A DNA stretch of 36,753 bases from Deltaproteobacteria bacterium TL4 (GCA_051382335.1 JBBCAX010000228.1:1-36753); one strand, 5' to 3'; positions 1-9,473 are shown, counted from the first letter of the stretch. Translations and numbers: made by a program. The notes: generated by a model not told the origin, from the sequence alone.

Positions 1-144
1 GGGGTGTTTGAAACATCCTGAAATACCATAAATTAAGCCTCGCGAATAAGTTACAATTGACAGTATTTTAACCAAAAAACAGGTTTGTCTCAAGAACTTT
101 TAACGCTAAAAATCGGCATAATGTCTATTAATTCAGTCCTGTTT

Positions 145-1536
145 TTAGAGCAGACCTTCATCCGCAAGACTGGTGTACTGATCATTTCCGATAATGAGAT
201 GATCTAACAAGGGAATCCCAATAATCTGACTGGCTTCTTTCAGTCTTTTGGTAATGTTTAAATCCTCAGGTGACGCTTTGGGATCTCCTGAAGGGTGGTT
301 ATGAACACAAATAATCGCGGCGGCTCGGTGTTCAATCGCTTTGGCAAAAACTTCTCGGGGGTGCACCAGACTTTTATTCAAAATCCCCATGCTCACCACT
401 TCATCCATGAGGTATTGGTGTTGATTATCCAGCAAAACCAAAATGAATTGCTCTTGCTTTAAAGCTGGCAGTCGGTATTGAAAATGAGTGAAGATATCCT
501 GACTGCATCGAAAAGGACTCCCGGGCGTCAATTTGACTTCGTTATAGCGTTTGCACAGTTCTAAAAGGACTTTGAGGCGTTCCGCGATTGGGGATAGCTG
601 AGGCATTTTCTGTGTCAATTCGTAAAGGGAAAACTTTTCCAACCTTTTTAAGGGCGTTTCCTGCGGGAATAGGGCTTGGAATTCTTCTTTTTCAGGTGAG
701 GCTAAAGCGAAAAGCCAGGCTAATAACTCGGAGGTTGAATGCTGTTGAAGTTGTGCTTTTTGGATCGAAGTCCACAAGTCTTCCTGCAAGGACGCCATTG
801 AAGGTTTGACGTGCCAACGGCAATCGGCTTTGAGCGGACACTCCTCACAATGGGGAGCGTCACCGCAAAAACCCTTAATTCCCCAATGGGTCAATTCTCC
901 CGCGAAGGCGGACGCATAAGTATTGAGTTCCAGCGCTGAGCTCAGCTTGGAGTCGATGTTCCGACAAACCTGAGCCCAAGTTTGATGGGGGGTGTTTCTG
1001 GAAGGAAGGATTCCCTGATTATAACGAGACCAGGCTTGAAACCCGGAATAACTGGAGGTTGTCCACACTCCCTGTTTTTCTAAAAAGGCTAACACGTCCC
1101 ATTGTCTCATTTCAGGAAAAACCTGATACCACTCAGCCAAGGATTCCGAATTTCCCATCTTTTCTGGCTGTAACTGAGTAGTCCTTAAAATTTTTAAAAA
1201 ATGCGAAATCGAGGAAAGCAATAAGGCTTTATGAGCTTCGCCAAGACTGAAACATTGATGGAGCCGCTTTAAAATTTGATCTGTGCCGTAATAATGGGGA
1301 TCTATAGCATCAATCAGTTGATATAAGGGACGGAGCTCTTTGTGTGGAGACCCCGGCGTATGAGGGATTTTATGATGTCGCAGTAAAAGCTCCAACAGGT
1401 TGCCGAAGAGTTTTTGGCGATCTTGAAAAACAGCGGGCTGGTTGAGGGCCAAGTGATTTTTAAGCCTCTGACTGGTTTCAGGATCCCTTTGATAATACGT
1501 GCTTATTTTCTCAAAAAATGAAGAGATGTCCGACAT
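145..1536 (-). CDS. radC: RadC-like JAB/MPN-domain protein with a ~240 aa N-terminal extension carrying an EndoIII-type Fe-S motif
   Basis: C-terminal RadC signature (LVHPREVF...HNHPSGDPKASPED...LLDHLIIG); N-terminal region has CGDAPHCEECPLKADC. Confidence 0.88.
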   Translation of the reverse strand: MSDISSFFEKISTYYQRDPETSQRLKNHLALNQPAVFQDRQKLFGNLLELLLRHHKIPHTPGSPHKELRPLYQLIDAIDPHYYGTDQILKRLHQCFSLGEAHKALLLSSISHFLKILRTTQLQPEKMGNSESLAEWYQVFPEMRQWDVLAFLEKQGVWTTSSYSGFQAWSRYNQGILPSRNTPHQTWAQVCRNIDSKLSSALELNTYASAFAGELTHWGIKGFCGDAPHCEECPLKADCRWHVKPSMASLQEDLWTSIQKAQLQQHSTSELLAWLFALASPEKEEFQALFPQETPLKRLEKFSLYELTQKMPQLSPIAERLKVLLELCKRYNEVKLTPGSPFRCSQDIFTHFQYRLPALKQEQFILVLLDNQHQYLMDEVVSMGILNKSLVHPREVFAKAIEHRAAAIICVHNHPSGDPKASPEDLNITKRLKEASQIIGIPLLDHLIIGNDQYTSLADEGLL

Positions 1537-1544
1537 TTACACTA

Positions 1545-2423
1545 CTATTCCACCAATTCTGAACTGGCACGTAAGAAGAATTTAACCTGTTCCACACGGT
1601 CCACTAAATCTTGCAATTGTGTTTCAGAAACTTCAAGGGTTTCCGCGACTTTTCGAATCAAGGCCAATTCCTCCTCGTCAATTTCATCGCCTACCGCAAT
1701 ATCCAAAAGGTAACGCATAATACGCATAGTGAGATTTTTATCGAAAAACATGGGTGGAAGGTTCTCAAATTCAGTTTCCCGAGCTTCCTTTTTGACTTCT
1801 TCAAGTATTTTCTGATCTCCGCCTACCAGTTCATAAACATCATTCAAGTAAGGGATCTCCTTGGGCGCAATACGACCATCAGACAAAATAACCTTGAGGG
1901 TCACAATTGCCAGCCAATGACGTTCCTCCCCGTGTAAATCCGCGCTCAAACTATCAAAATATTCAACTTTGACCTTTCGCATCGTAATGTTGATCAATTT
2001 GTGGATTCTTAAAATATCGATGTCCAAGGCCATTCCCGCTTCGTTGATATACCGAATTTCTTCAGGTAACAACTCATGATCCGCCGCACAGATATCCAAA
2101 ACACACCTGAAAATCGTTTCTTTTAGTTGAGGATCCTCAATATTCAGTGGCTCAATCTCTGGCGGGACCGCATTCTTGATCACTTTTCGAATGACTAATT
2201 GGGCTTCAGGCTCATCTTTTAGCATTTCGAAAAGATGTTTGAGGTGAATCAATTCTTCGGGTTGAACAACACCATCTGCGACTATAGCACCCCCTATTAC
2301 CTTAGCAATCCATTCCTTGACCTCTTGACTGTAGGTTGCCCCATCAGGAGATTTAAAGGAAAAGAGCTTTCTAATCATACTACCCCGTTGTTTACTAGTG
2401 TTTCTCCGGCTTGCCCTACTCAA
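1545..2423 (-). CDS. TerB-family (tellurite resistance-like) protein with two tandem TerB domains
   Basis: Four ADG...EE-type motifs: IVADGVVQPEE, CAADHELLPEE, LSDGRIAPKE, AVGDEIDEEE. Confidence 0.7.
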   Translation of the reverse strand: MSRASRRNTSKQRGSMIRKLFSFKSPDGATYSQEVKEWIAKVIGGAIVADGVVQPEELIHLKHLFEMLKDEPEAQLVIRKVIKNAVPPEIEPLNIEDPQLKETIFRCVLDICAADHELLPEEIRYINEAGMALDIDILRIHKLINITMRKVKVEYFDSLSADLHGEERHWLAIVTLKVILSDGRIAPKEIPYLNDVYELVGGDQKILEEVKKEARETEFENLPPMFFDKNLTMRIMRYLLDIAVGDEIDEEELALIRKVAETLEVSETQLQDLVDRVEQVKFFLRASSELVE

Positions 2424-2667
2424 AACGAATCAAGACCCTAACTTAAAATCGTACGAGCACATTAAGCTCCTATCCTTAAGCAAACTTCTCATGAATCGAG
2501 AAATTAAAATTGGCTAACTCTGAATCCTTACTTAACAGAATTAACCCTGTTTGACAATCAATTAAAAATAAAACTTTTTTATTTCAATATGATCATTTAA
2601 AGTGGGGTCCCTTGACGAATGTACGTCGACGCAGCCCTAAGATAAACGAACTGGAGTAGAAGAAACT

Positions 2668-3576
2668 GTGTTAGAAAAAACAATTGGAACAAGACCCGTT
2701 GATTTGGTTGGCAATACTCCGCTGTTGCGCTTGGAGCGGATTCATCCTCAAGGGAATTTATACGCCAAGGCCGAGTGGTATAACCCTGGCCGTTCGGTCA
2801 AGGATCGTGCCGCACGCAATATGCTTCAAGGAGCCGTGGACTCGGGCGAGTTGACCAAAGATAAAACCATATTGGATGCCACCTCCGGAAATACCGGAAT
2901 TGCGTTAGCCATGCTTGGTGCCGCGCTAGGATACAAAGTGAAACTCTGCTTGCCTGCCAATGTCTCTCAATCCCGGCGGCGGATCATCACCCTTTATGGC
3001 GCGGAATTGGTCTTGACCGATCCCTTAAAATCCTCTGACGGCGCAATTGAGGAAGCGAGAAGAATCCATCGTGAAGCCCCTGAGCAGTACTACTATGCCA
3101 ATCAATACGGCAATGATAATAATTGGAAGGCCCATGTCCAGTCCACAGGGCCTGAGATCTATGAACAAACCCGACATCAAATCACTCATTTTGTGGCTGT
3201 GATGGGGACGTCTGGAACCTTTATGGGGACAGGGCGTTACTTGAAGTCGGTCAAGCCTGATATTCAGTTAATTGAAGTGCAGCCGGATTCTCCTTTTCAC
3301 GGATTGGAAGGTCTAAAACACATGGGTAGCTCAATAGTGCCCGATTTCTACGATCCGGATTTTGCGGATGTAAAAATGGTGTGTCGTACCGAAGATGCTT
3401 ATCAACGGATTAAAGCTTTGGCGCATACTGAAGGACTGTTGGTGGGAATCTCCAGTGGTGCGGCTCTTGATGTGGCCATCAAGGTTGCCGAAGCTAATCC
3501 TGAGGGGGTCACCGTCACCATTTTTCCGGATAATGCGGATAAATATCTGGAAGAACGTTTTTGGGAAACGTCCTGA
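2668..3576 (+). CDS. cysM: PLP-dependent cysteine synthase (CysM-like, probably sulfur-carrier dependent)
   Basis: NPGRSVKDR (PLP lysine), ATSGNTG, GTSGT, GISSGA; GGAG upstream of the GTG start. Confidence 0.88.
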   Translation: MLEKTIGTRPVDLVGNTPLLRLERIHPQGNLYAKAEWYNPGRSVKDRAARNMLQGAVDSGELTKDKTILDATSGNTGIALAMLGAALGYKVKLCLPANVSQSRRRIITLYGAELVLTDPLKSSDGAIEEARRIHREAPEQYYYANQYGNDNNWKAHVQSTGPEIYEQTRHQITHFVAVMGTSGTFMGTGRYLKSVKPDIQLIEVQPDSPFHGLEGLKHMGSSIVPDFYDPDFADVKMVCRTEDAYQRIKALAHTEGLLVGISSGAALDVAIKVAEANPEGVTVTIFPDNADKYLEERFWETS

Positions 3577-3627
3577 TTTTTTTTGGGATGAAATTTGTTT
3601 TTTTTATAATAATTTTAAAGGAGTTCT

Positions 3628-3906
3628 ATGTCAGTAGTAGTTGAAATTCCCTCAGCATTACAGAAATATGCTGGTGATAACGATGAGGTTTCGGTAGAAG
3701 CGAACACTGTAAAGGGAGCTTTTAATGCGCTCTGCGAACAGTATAAAGACTTGAAACAACATCTTTATGATGACAGAGGAACGATCCGCAGTTTCATCAA
3801 TGTTTACGTCAATGATGAAGATATTCGCTATGTGAATAATTTGGCAACGGAACTTCAGGACGGGGATTGTGTTCAAATAGTACCTTCCATTGCCGGTGGA
3901 TATTAA
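3628..3906 (+). CDS. MoaD/ThiS/CysO-family ubiquitin-like sulfur carrier
   Basis: 92 aa with FINVYVNDEDIRY and C-terminal IVPSIAGG-Y; AAGGAG RBS; directly follows cysM. Confidence 0.88.
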   Translation: MSVVVEIPSALQKYAGDNDEVSVEANTVKGAFNALCEQYKDLKQHLYDDRGTIRSFINVYVNDEDIRYVNNLATELQDGDCVQIVPSIAGGY

Positions 3907-3969
3907 TCCATAAGCGTCAGTGGCACCATGACGTTCACGCTTTTTCTGGGGGGATTCCAAGGTAAGAAA

Positions 3970-4224
3970 ATGGCAAAGCCTCAAATACTTATGGCATCAC
4001 ATGAGACATCCTTCAGGAGGATCGCCTTGAAATTTTTTGAAACGATGGGAAATCTGGAAAATATGTTTCATGTTAGGCAGGAAAGTTTGGAGCGCAAAGA
4101 GGTGTTGTTAAACCGGAGCGAAGGGCTTAACCTTCAAGAAGTTGCCTCAGAAAGTACAGGGGATGTCTCCTTGCGTTCTTCACAAAAGGCTGTGGCGGAA
4201 TTGCTTCAGAATATGGGGAGATAA
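3970..4224 (+). CDS. Small hypothetical protein (start uncertain, 3928 or 3970)
   Basis: Open frame ending 3 nt before the ATPase start; AAGGT upstream of ATG 3970; no recognisable motif. Confidence 0.4.
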   Translation: MAKPQILMASHETSFRRIALKFFETMGNLENMFHVRQESLERKEVLLNRSEGLNLQEVASESTGDVSLRSSQKAVAELLQNMGR

Positions 4225-4227
4225 CGC

Positions 4228-5532
4228 ATGTCTTCTCCAACTATCATTTCAATGGGCTCTGGAAAAGGCGGCGTTGGTAAAACGTTAATCCTCGCAAACC
4301 TGGCCTATCTCTGTGCCCTGTCAGGAAAAAAAATCGCGTTGGTGGACCTCGATATCAGTTGCTCCGACTTGCAGGTTGTGTTCGGGATCTATCGTCCCAA
4401 ATATTCCCTCTCCGACTTTTTTACTCAAAAGGTATCAAGCTTAACCCCTTTGATGCTTCCGGTCTCCAAGTCTCAAAATTTATTTTTAATAGCGGGAACA
4501 GGCAATACACTGTCGAGCACTCAGTTGAGTTTTTCACAAAAAATCAAACTTTCCCAGGCCTTGAGTGAACTTCCTGTCGATGTCATTATGCTTGACGTGG
4601 GTGCGGGCATCCATGCGGATGTTTTGGATTTTTATCTGGAAGCGGATATCCCTCTTGTGATCGGAACTCCACATTCTGCCTCAATCTTTGATCTCTCCCG
4701 TTTTATTAAATTATCTACGGTGCGCTACATTGCACGAGCTTTTGCCCAGAATGATCCGGTTCGTCAGCAATTGTATGCCAGGGAATACCCAACGATCAAA
4801 GCCCTTTTAGAATCTACCGACAAAATGGATGCCGTTCACAGAAAAATGGTTATCGAGTTGATGATGTGTCACAAGCCACAACTGATCATCAATAAAGTGT
4901 CGGCTTCAAGCAGTGACAAACATTTGAGAGCCTTCCAGAACTTTACCTTTCAATTTTCTGGTAAAAGTGAAGTCCTTGGTCTTATTCCTTACGGAGAGGA
5001 GGTGGAACAAGCCGTTAACGAGTGTCAACCGCTTTATGAGGCAAATCCTCAGAGTCCCGTTTCTCAAGCACTGGCTGGCATTTTGAGCAAGTTGCAGCGT
5101 TTGATTCAGTCTCACCAACACGCCTCGAAACCAAAATATTCCGGGAAATTGAGAGATATTTCACTGACGCTGGCTGAATCCTTTGCCGATACGCTGGCCT
5201 CCTCAGAACAAAAACCGGCTGAAGGGCGTTCCCCTATTTCAAAAATGAATCTACCTCAACCGTTGAGGGAGCAAAAAGAGGATTTACAATTAGCACAAAC
5301 TCCTTACAATACAAACGCTCAAAGCACAGCCACAACTGCCGCGCCTGCTGACCATTCCCCGGAAGCCCCTCCCCTTAAAAAGGGGGTCCCTTCGAGTGCT
5401 GCGCTTTCATTAGAAAAAAAGATGTTTCGAGAAGAAGTCGCCAAAATAAAGACCAGGCTTGAAGGCAAGATGTTTCAAAAACCTGAGGGGTTCCGACCCA
5501 TCGATATTATTGGAATCATGCCTAAACTTTAA
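4228..5532 (+). CDS. MinD/FlhG(FleN)-like P-loop ATPase with a low-complexity C-terminal tail
   Basis: Deviant Walker A SGKGGVGKT, LVDLD, IMLDVGAG, LIINKV, LGLIPY. Confidence 0.8.
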   Translation: MSSPTIISMGSGKGGVGKTLILANLAYLCALSGKKIALVDLDISCSDLQVVFGIYRPKYSLSDFFTQKVSSLTPLMLPVSKSQNLFLIAGTGNTLSSTQLSFSQKIKLSQALSELPVDVIMLDVGAGIHADVLDFYLEADIPLVIGTPHSASIFDLSRFIKLSTVRYIARAFAQNDPVRQQLYAREYPTIKALLESTDKMDAVHRKMVIELMMCHKPQLIINKVSASSSDKHLRAFQNFTFQFSGKSEVLGLIPYGEEVEQAVNECQPLYEANPQSPVSQALAGILSKLQRLIQSHQHASKPKYSGKLRDISLTLAESFADTLASSEQKPAEGRSPISKMNLPQPLREQKEDLQLAQTPYNTNAQSTATTAAPADHSPEAPPLKKGVPSSAALSLEKKMFREEVAKIKTRLEGKMFQKPEGFRPIDIIGIMPKL

Positions 5533-5545
5533 GCAGAAAAATTCA

Positions 5546-6358
5546 ATGAACACACCCTTGAAACTTGGAATTGTGGATTATCTCAATGCCTTACCTGTCT
5601 ATTATGATCTGTTGTCAGGCAGGGCGCATCTTCCTTGTGAGTTGGTCAGAGGTACACCTGCAGCTTTAAATTTGAAAATTGCCGCGGGTGAGTTGGATGT
5701 TTCCAATGTCTCCTCGTTTGAATATGCCCAGCATTTTGAACACTATTATTTGCTGCCCCACTTAAGCATCAGTGCGGATGGCCCGATTCGGTCGATTTAT
5801 TTGTTTTGCCAAACGCCTCTTGCTCAATTGGAAGGAACCCTCTACCTGACCGCTCACTCTCAGACCTCGATTCATTTGCTTCAATACCTTTTGAAAGATC
5901 ATCCTGTGACTTATCTCAAGGGGTGCCGACCTGAGACGATGGGAACCCTTCAAGGTGAATTGTTGATTGGAGATGAAGCCATAAAAAGTTTTTATAAGCC
6001 TCGTTTTCCGCAGGTCTATGACCTGTCTTTTTTGTGGAAAGAACAAACACAATTGCCTTTCGTTTTTGCGGTTTGGGTTGTTCGAAGGGAAGTTTTTGAT
6101 CAAAGGCCGGAGGAGGTCCGACACCTCTGCAGAACCTTGATTCATTCCAGAGAATCAGCGACATCCCAGTATCATAAAATCGCTGAAAATTATGCCTTAG
6201 GCGTTTTTCCCACGATAGAGGAAGGGGTGAGGTATATGAAAAACCTTTGTTATGATTTGACTCCTCCTCTCATGGAAGGGTTTTTACATTTTCAAAAATG
6301 TTGTCAGGAACTGGGATTCCTCGAAAAAGTGGCACCACTTCATTTTATCGCTTTATAA
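5546..6358 (+). CDS. mqnA: Chorismate dehydratase (futalosine menaquinone pathway)
   Basis: YLNALPV, ISADGPIRSI, SQTS, LLIGDEA, WKEQTQLPFVFAVW; ATG 5546 chosen to avoid overlapping the upstream gene. Confidence 0.85.
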   Translation: MNTPLKLGIVDYLNALPVYYDLLSGRAHLPCELVRGTPAALNLKIAAGELDVSNVSSFEYAQHFEHYYLLPHLSISADGPIRSIYLFCQTPLAQLEGTLYLTAHSQTSIHLLQYLLKDHPVTYLKGCRPETMGTLQGELLIGDEAIKSFYKPRFPQVYDLSFLWKEQTQLPFVFAVWVVRREVFDQRPEEVRHLCRTLIHSRESATSQYHKIAENYALGVFPTIEEGVRYMKNLCYDLTPPLMEGFLHFQKCCQELGFLEKVAPLHFIAL

Positions 6359-6375
6359 CAGGGCTTTTTATTATC

Positions 6376-6404
6376 TAGACACCCAGTTTCAAATTTACTA
6401 TGAT
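6376..6404 (+). promoter_or_regulatory. Putative sigma70 promoter of the cNMP-binding protein gene
   Basis: TAGACA-17 nt-TATGAT, about 70 nt upstream of ATG 6476. Confidence 0.45.
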
Positions 6405-6475
6405 TAAATGAAAATGGAGAGCAAAGACGCTCTAAAGAATCCAACCCAAGACAAAAGTACCCCAGGGGATGCGCT

Positions 6476-9133
6476 ATGACATGGAGTGATAATCAATATT
6501 ACCCTTTATCCGAAGCCGATAAAAGTGCCATTCAATGTACCACTGCTTTACTGCAAGCTTACCCCTTGACGCGTGCGTGTTTGGAAAGCCTGGGAACACG
6601 TCTCCTTAATAACCTGGAGTTTGGTTTTTTTACGGAAGGACAGCGTATCATCGCTCAGGGAGAAAAAGGGAAGGATATGTTTTTACTTTGCCAGGGGAAA
6701 GTGGATGTTATCGTTAACCGGCAAGTGGTGGTGCAAATGGAAGGGCCGAGGCTTCTCGGCGATAAGGCGTTGGTTGAGTTAGACTCAAAACGGGCGGCAA
6801 CCATCCAGGTCTCAAAAGGAGAAGTGACGCTTTGGCTCAAAATTCCGATGGGAAGGTTCATTCGAAACTTCAATGATAGTGCCATTCCTGACTATGAGTT
6901 TCAACAGGAAGTCTCCATTTTTTCCTTTCTTTTTCAGGGAATTCAACAACGCTTATTTGATTTTATTTTTTTACAAAAAAAAATGCTTGGCGAAGTCAGA
7001 ACCCATCAGGAGCTTGCTAATATTGAAGCGATCAGCAAAGTATTAAATGATAAATTGGATCTTAGGTGGAAAGAAGATACGTGGACAGCCGTAGAAGGTT
7101 TCCTGGCCAATGAGTTGGGATTTAAATGGCCTAAAAGTGTTCCCTTAAATGTCAATACGTTTCAAGGTGGTTTGACTCAATTTGTGGAATATCGTTTTCC
7201 CCGAAATATTTTTAAGGGAACAGAGGCGGAATACTTGTCCAAGAAGCATTTATTATTCTCAACCTGGATGACACGCGTCAGTCGATATCTTTTTCAACAG
7301 CTTCCTAAAACAGATCTTCCCATTCAAATCAGTGAATTGGAGTTGTTTAACCCTCGTAATTACCATTTACGAATCAGTCAACTCCTTGGGCGGACAGAAA
7401 AACATTTTGAACAACGATTATATATTCCGCCAGGGGAGACACAGCCCCAGCCGATGCCCAAAAGTTCAAAATTCTTTGGAAAAGGAGAACGAAGCAATGA
7501 ATTTAACTTGGAACGTTACTTTTCAAGTTTTGAGAAACACTTTAAGGCCAATAATCCCAAGAGAATGCAAGCACAAATTGCGCAGAGGGTGGCTTTGATT
7601 GCGGCTGAATGTGAAAATCAGTTTAATGCCTCCATCGCAAAAATGGCTAAGTTTTTGGAGACCGTCAAAGAAAAATATAATTCTCAGGAAACCGTTGCTG
7701 TGGATACCAAAAACATCGAGAAGGAACTTCAAAGACAGATGCAAGTTTTGCAGAAAGGCTTTAATGCCTATGATCGGAAATTCCTCAATCAAACCAGCAA
7801 CGATAAGGGGGGAATTCGTGTTATGCCAGGACATATTCCCAATCTTAATGATTTAATTAAAAGTGTTTCTATTGCGGCAGTCCGTCGAGATTTGGAACTC
7901 GCCTTCTTTAATATTCTCAAACTCACCAATCTTCAGGATAAACTCCTGTTGGATTCCTTCAGCAAAGAATGCCTTTTTATTTGTCGAGCCAAAGAGGGTG
8001 ATTTCATTAATGAGTATGAGTTTCATAAGCATTATTGGATTCCGATTTCTCCCGCCTTCACCTTGATGATTGAAAAGGAAAAAACCGATTTGGCTCATCA
8101 GGGATATCTGTTATCGGCTCCGGGATGGCAACCCGCTAAAGTGAATGAACAATTAGAGATGAGGCTTCAAATCACACCTCCAGTGACGTCTGATGAAAAA
8201 AAAGAGGAGACCTACATCATTCTTATTCTTATTTCTTCCTACTTCCCCTGGAGCAAAAGGGAATCCCCGTATGTAGAAGAATTCATGAAGCAGTACCTGC
8301 CTTTAATGCAGTGGCTGGTCAATAAGCATATCGAAATGCTGAAGTGGGTTGTCCAAAAACGCGACAAACAGTTTCAAAATTGGCATCAATTAGATCAAAT
8401 TGTCCGTTTGGAAAAGAAAATCAGCGAGTTTGAATCGTCTAAAAAAAGTTTAAATTTAAAAGAGCACAAAGCGGTAGTCGCTTTTTTGAAAAACACGTTG
8501 AGTCTGCCTATGACCCAAGCGGTTTGGGACACCGATCAATTCGCAAAGCATCTCTATAACTTTATTGTCCGCCAAATGGGGTTGACTTATCCTGAAATGC
8601 CGATTGAGGAGCGAAGTAATCAGGCTTACACAAAGTGGCGCTTTGTGTTGAGTGAAATCATTAAAATCACAGAACGTTCACAACCGCAAGAAGAGCATTC
8701 GGAAGAATCGATATCCCCCCTCTGGGAGATCTTGCAGAATGAATTAAAAGTGGTGGTAGATGCTTATTACGATGGAGATACGGGGCGTTATATGCGTCTC
8801 ACTCAGGAAGAACCTGTTTTTGGGATAGGCGCCATGCTGACGCAACATGGTGAGGAAAATGTAAAAACGATGATCATGCTCTTCAAAATTTTGAATGCCG
8901 TTTTCCAAAAGTATATTTTTCAAGCAATCAAGGAACTCCATACCTATGATCAGCGTCTGACGGCTTTGCAGGACGCACGTCCACAAAGAAATTCTGAAGA
9001 ATTACAGTTGGAAATCATCCAGGAAAACATCAACCGACTGGCTCAAATTCTTCGCCCTGCTCTCAAAAAAACAAGTGATTCTGACCATCCGGCCTCTGCG
9101 CTTTTCCGGAATGTTCTAAAAACAGAACCGTGA
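6476..9133 (+). CDS. Large protein with an N-terminal cyclic-nucleotide-binding domain; remainder unassigned
   Basis: GQRIIAQGEKGKDMFLLCQGKVDV...LLGDKALV...RAATI matches the CNB pattern. Confidence 0.75.
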   Translation: MTWSDNQYYPLSEADKSAIQCTTALLQAYPLTRACLESLGTRLLNNLEFGFFTEGQRIIAQGEKGKDMFLLCQGKVDVIVNRQVVVQMEGPRLLGDKALVELDSKRAATIQVSKGEVTLWLKIPMGRFIRNFNDSAIPDYEFQQEVSIFSFLFQGIQQRLFDFIFLQKKMLGEVRTHQELANIEAISKVLNDKLDLRWKEDTWTAVEGFLANELGFKWPKSVPLNVNTFQGGLTQFVEYRFPRNIFKGTEAEYLSKKHLLFSTWMTRVSRYLFQQLPKTDLPIQISELELFNPRNYHLRISQLLGRTEKHFEQRLYIPPGETQPQPMPKSSKFFGKGERSNEFNLERYFSSFEKHFKANNPKRMQAQIAQRVALIAAECENQFNASIAKMAKFLETVKEKYNSQETVAVDTKNIEKELQRQMQVLQKGFNAYDRKFLNQTSNDKGGIRVMPGHIPNLNDLIKSVSIAAVRRDLELAFFNILKLTNLQDKLLLDSFSKECLFICRAKEGDFINEYEFHKHYWIPISPAFTLMIEKEKTDLAHQGYLLSAPGWQPAKVNEQLEMRLQITPPVTSDEKKEETYIILILISSYFPWSKRESPYVEEFMKQYLPLMQWLVNKHIEMLKWVVQKRDKQFQNWHQLDQIVRLEKKISEFESSKKSLNLKEHKAVVAFLKNTLSLPMTQAVWDTDQFAKHLYNFIVRQMGLTYPEMPIEERSNQAYTKWRFVLSEIIKITERSQPQEEHSEESISPLWEILQNELKVVVDAYYDGDTGRYMRLTQEEPVFGIGAMLTQHGEENVKTMIMLFKILNAVFQKYIFQAIKELHTYDQRLTALQDARPQRNSEELQLEIIQENINRLAQILRPALKKTSDSDHPASALFRNVLKTEP

Positions 9134-9187
9134 TGAAGTTGTCCGTCATGTGTCATACGAGGTGGCTGTCCGAGAATGGGCGCATAA

Positions 9188-9271
9188 GTAGGGTGTGCTT
9201 AAGCGAAGCGAGCGTACCACAAAGAGAACCTCAGTTTTCTGGTACGCTCGCTTCGCTTAAGCACACCCTAC
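9188..9271. repeat. GTAG-type REP doublet (REPIN), family A
   Basis: Perfect 32-bp inverted repeat GTAGGGTGTGCTTAAGCGAAGCGAGCGTACCA (9188-9219 / 9240-9271) with a 20-nt spacer; related copies near 30243 and 23874. Confidence 0.85.
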
Positions 9272-9350
9272 CTCATGTTCCTGTTTCCTGGGAAGAAGCC
9301 TTCGCGCTCATTGATGAAACCTTAAGCAACAATGTGGTTAAGAACAAGAC

Positions 9351-9473
9351 GGGCTTGGGTCTAACTTCGGCCAGGGGTAGCCTCGGGTTTCGCCCCGAGG
9401 AACAATGTGTGCGGTATCCCCTGGGACGAAACCCAGGGCTACCATCAAAATGACCGAACTTACGACCAAGCCC
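9351..9473. mobile_element. 123-bp MITE-like element with an 8-bp target-site duplication and an internal GTAG-REP pair (family B)
   Basis: AACAAGAC at 9343-9350 and 9474-9481; 20-bp terminal IRs 16/20 identical; inner hairpins at 9377-9400 and 9419-9442. Confidence 0.8.

Noticed and set aside
1..19. Palindrome at the window start, with a 10-bp inverted match to 36721-36730
   Set aside because: Too short; compatible with chance and lacks flanking context
2600..2640. Possible sulfur-responsive riboswitch upstream of cysM
   Set aside because: Only a weak hairpin; no SAM-riboswitch consensus recognised
9351..9473. Structured ncRNA or riboswitch interpretation
   Set aside because: The flanking 8-bp duplication and terminal IRs explain it better as a mobile DNA element; no known RNA motif was recognised
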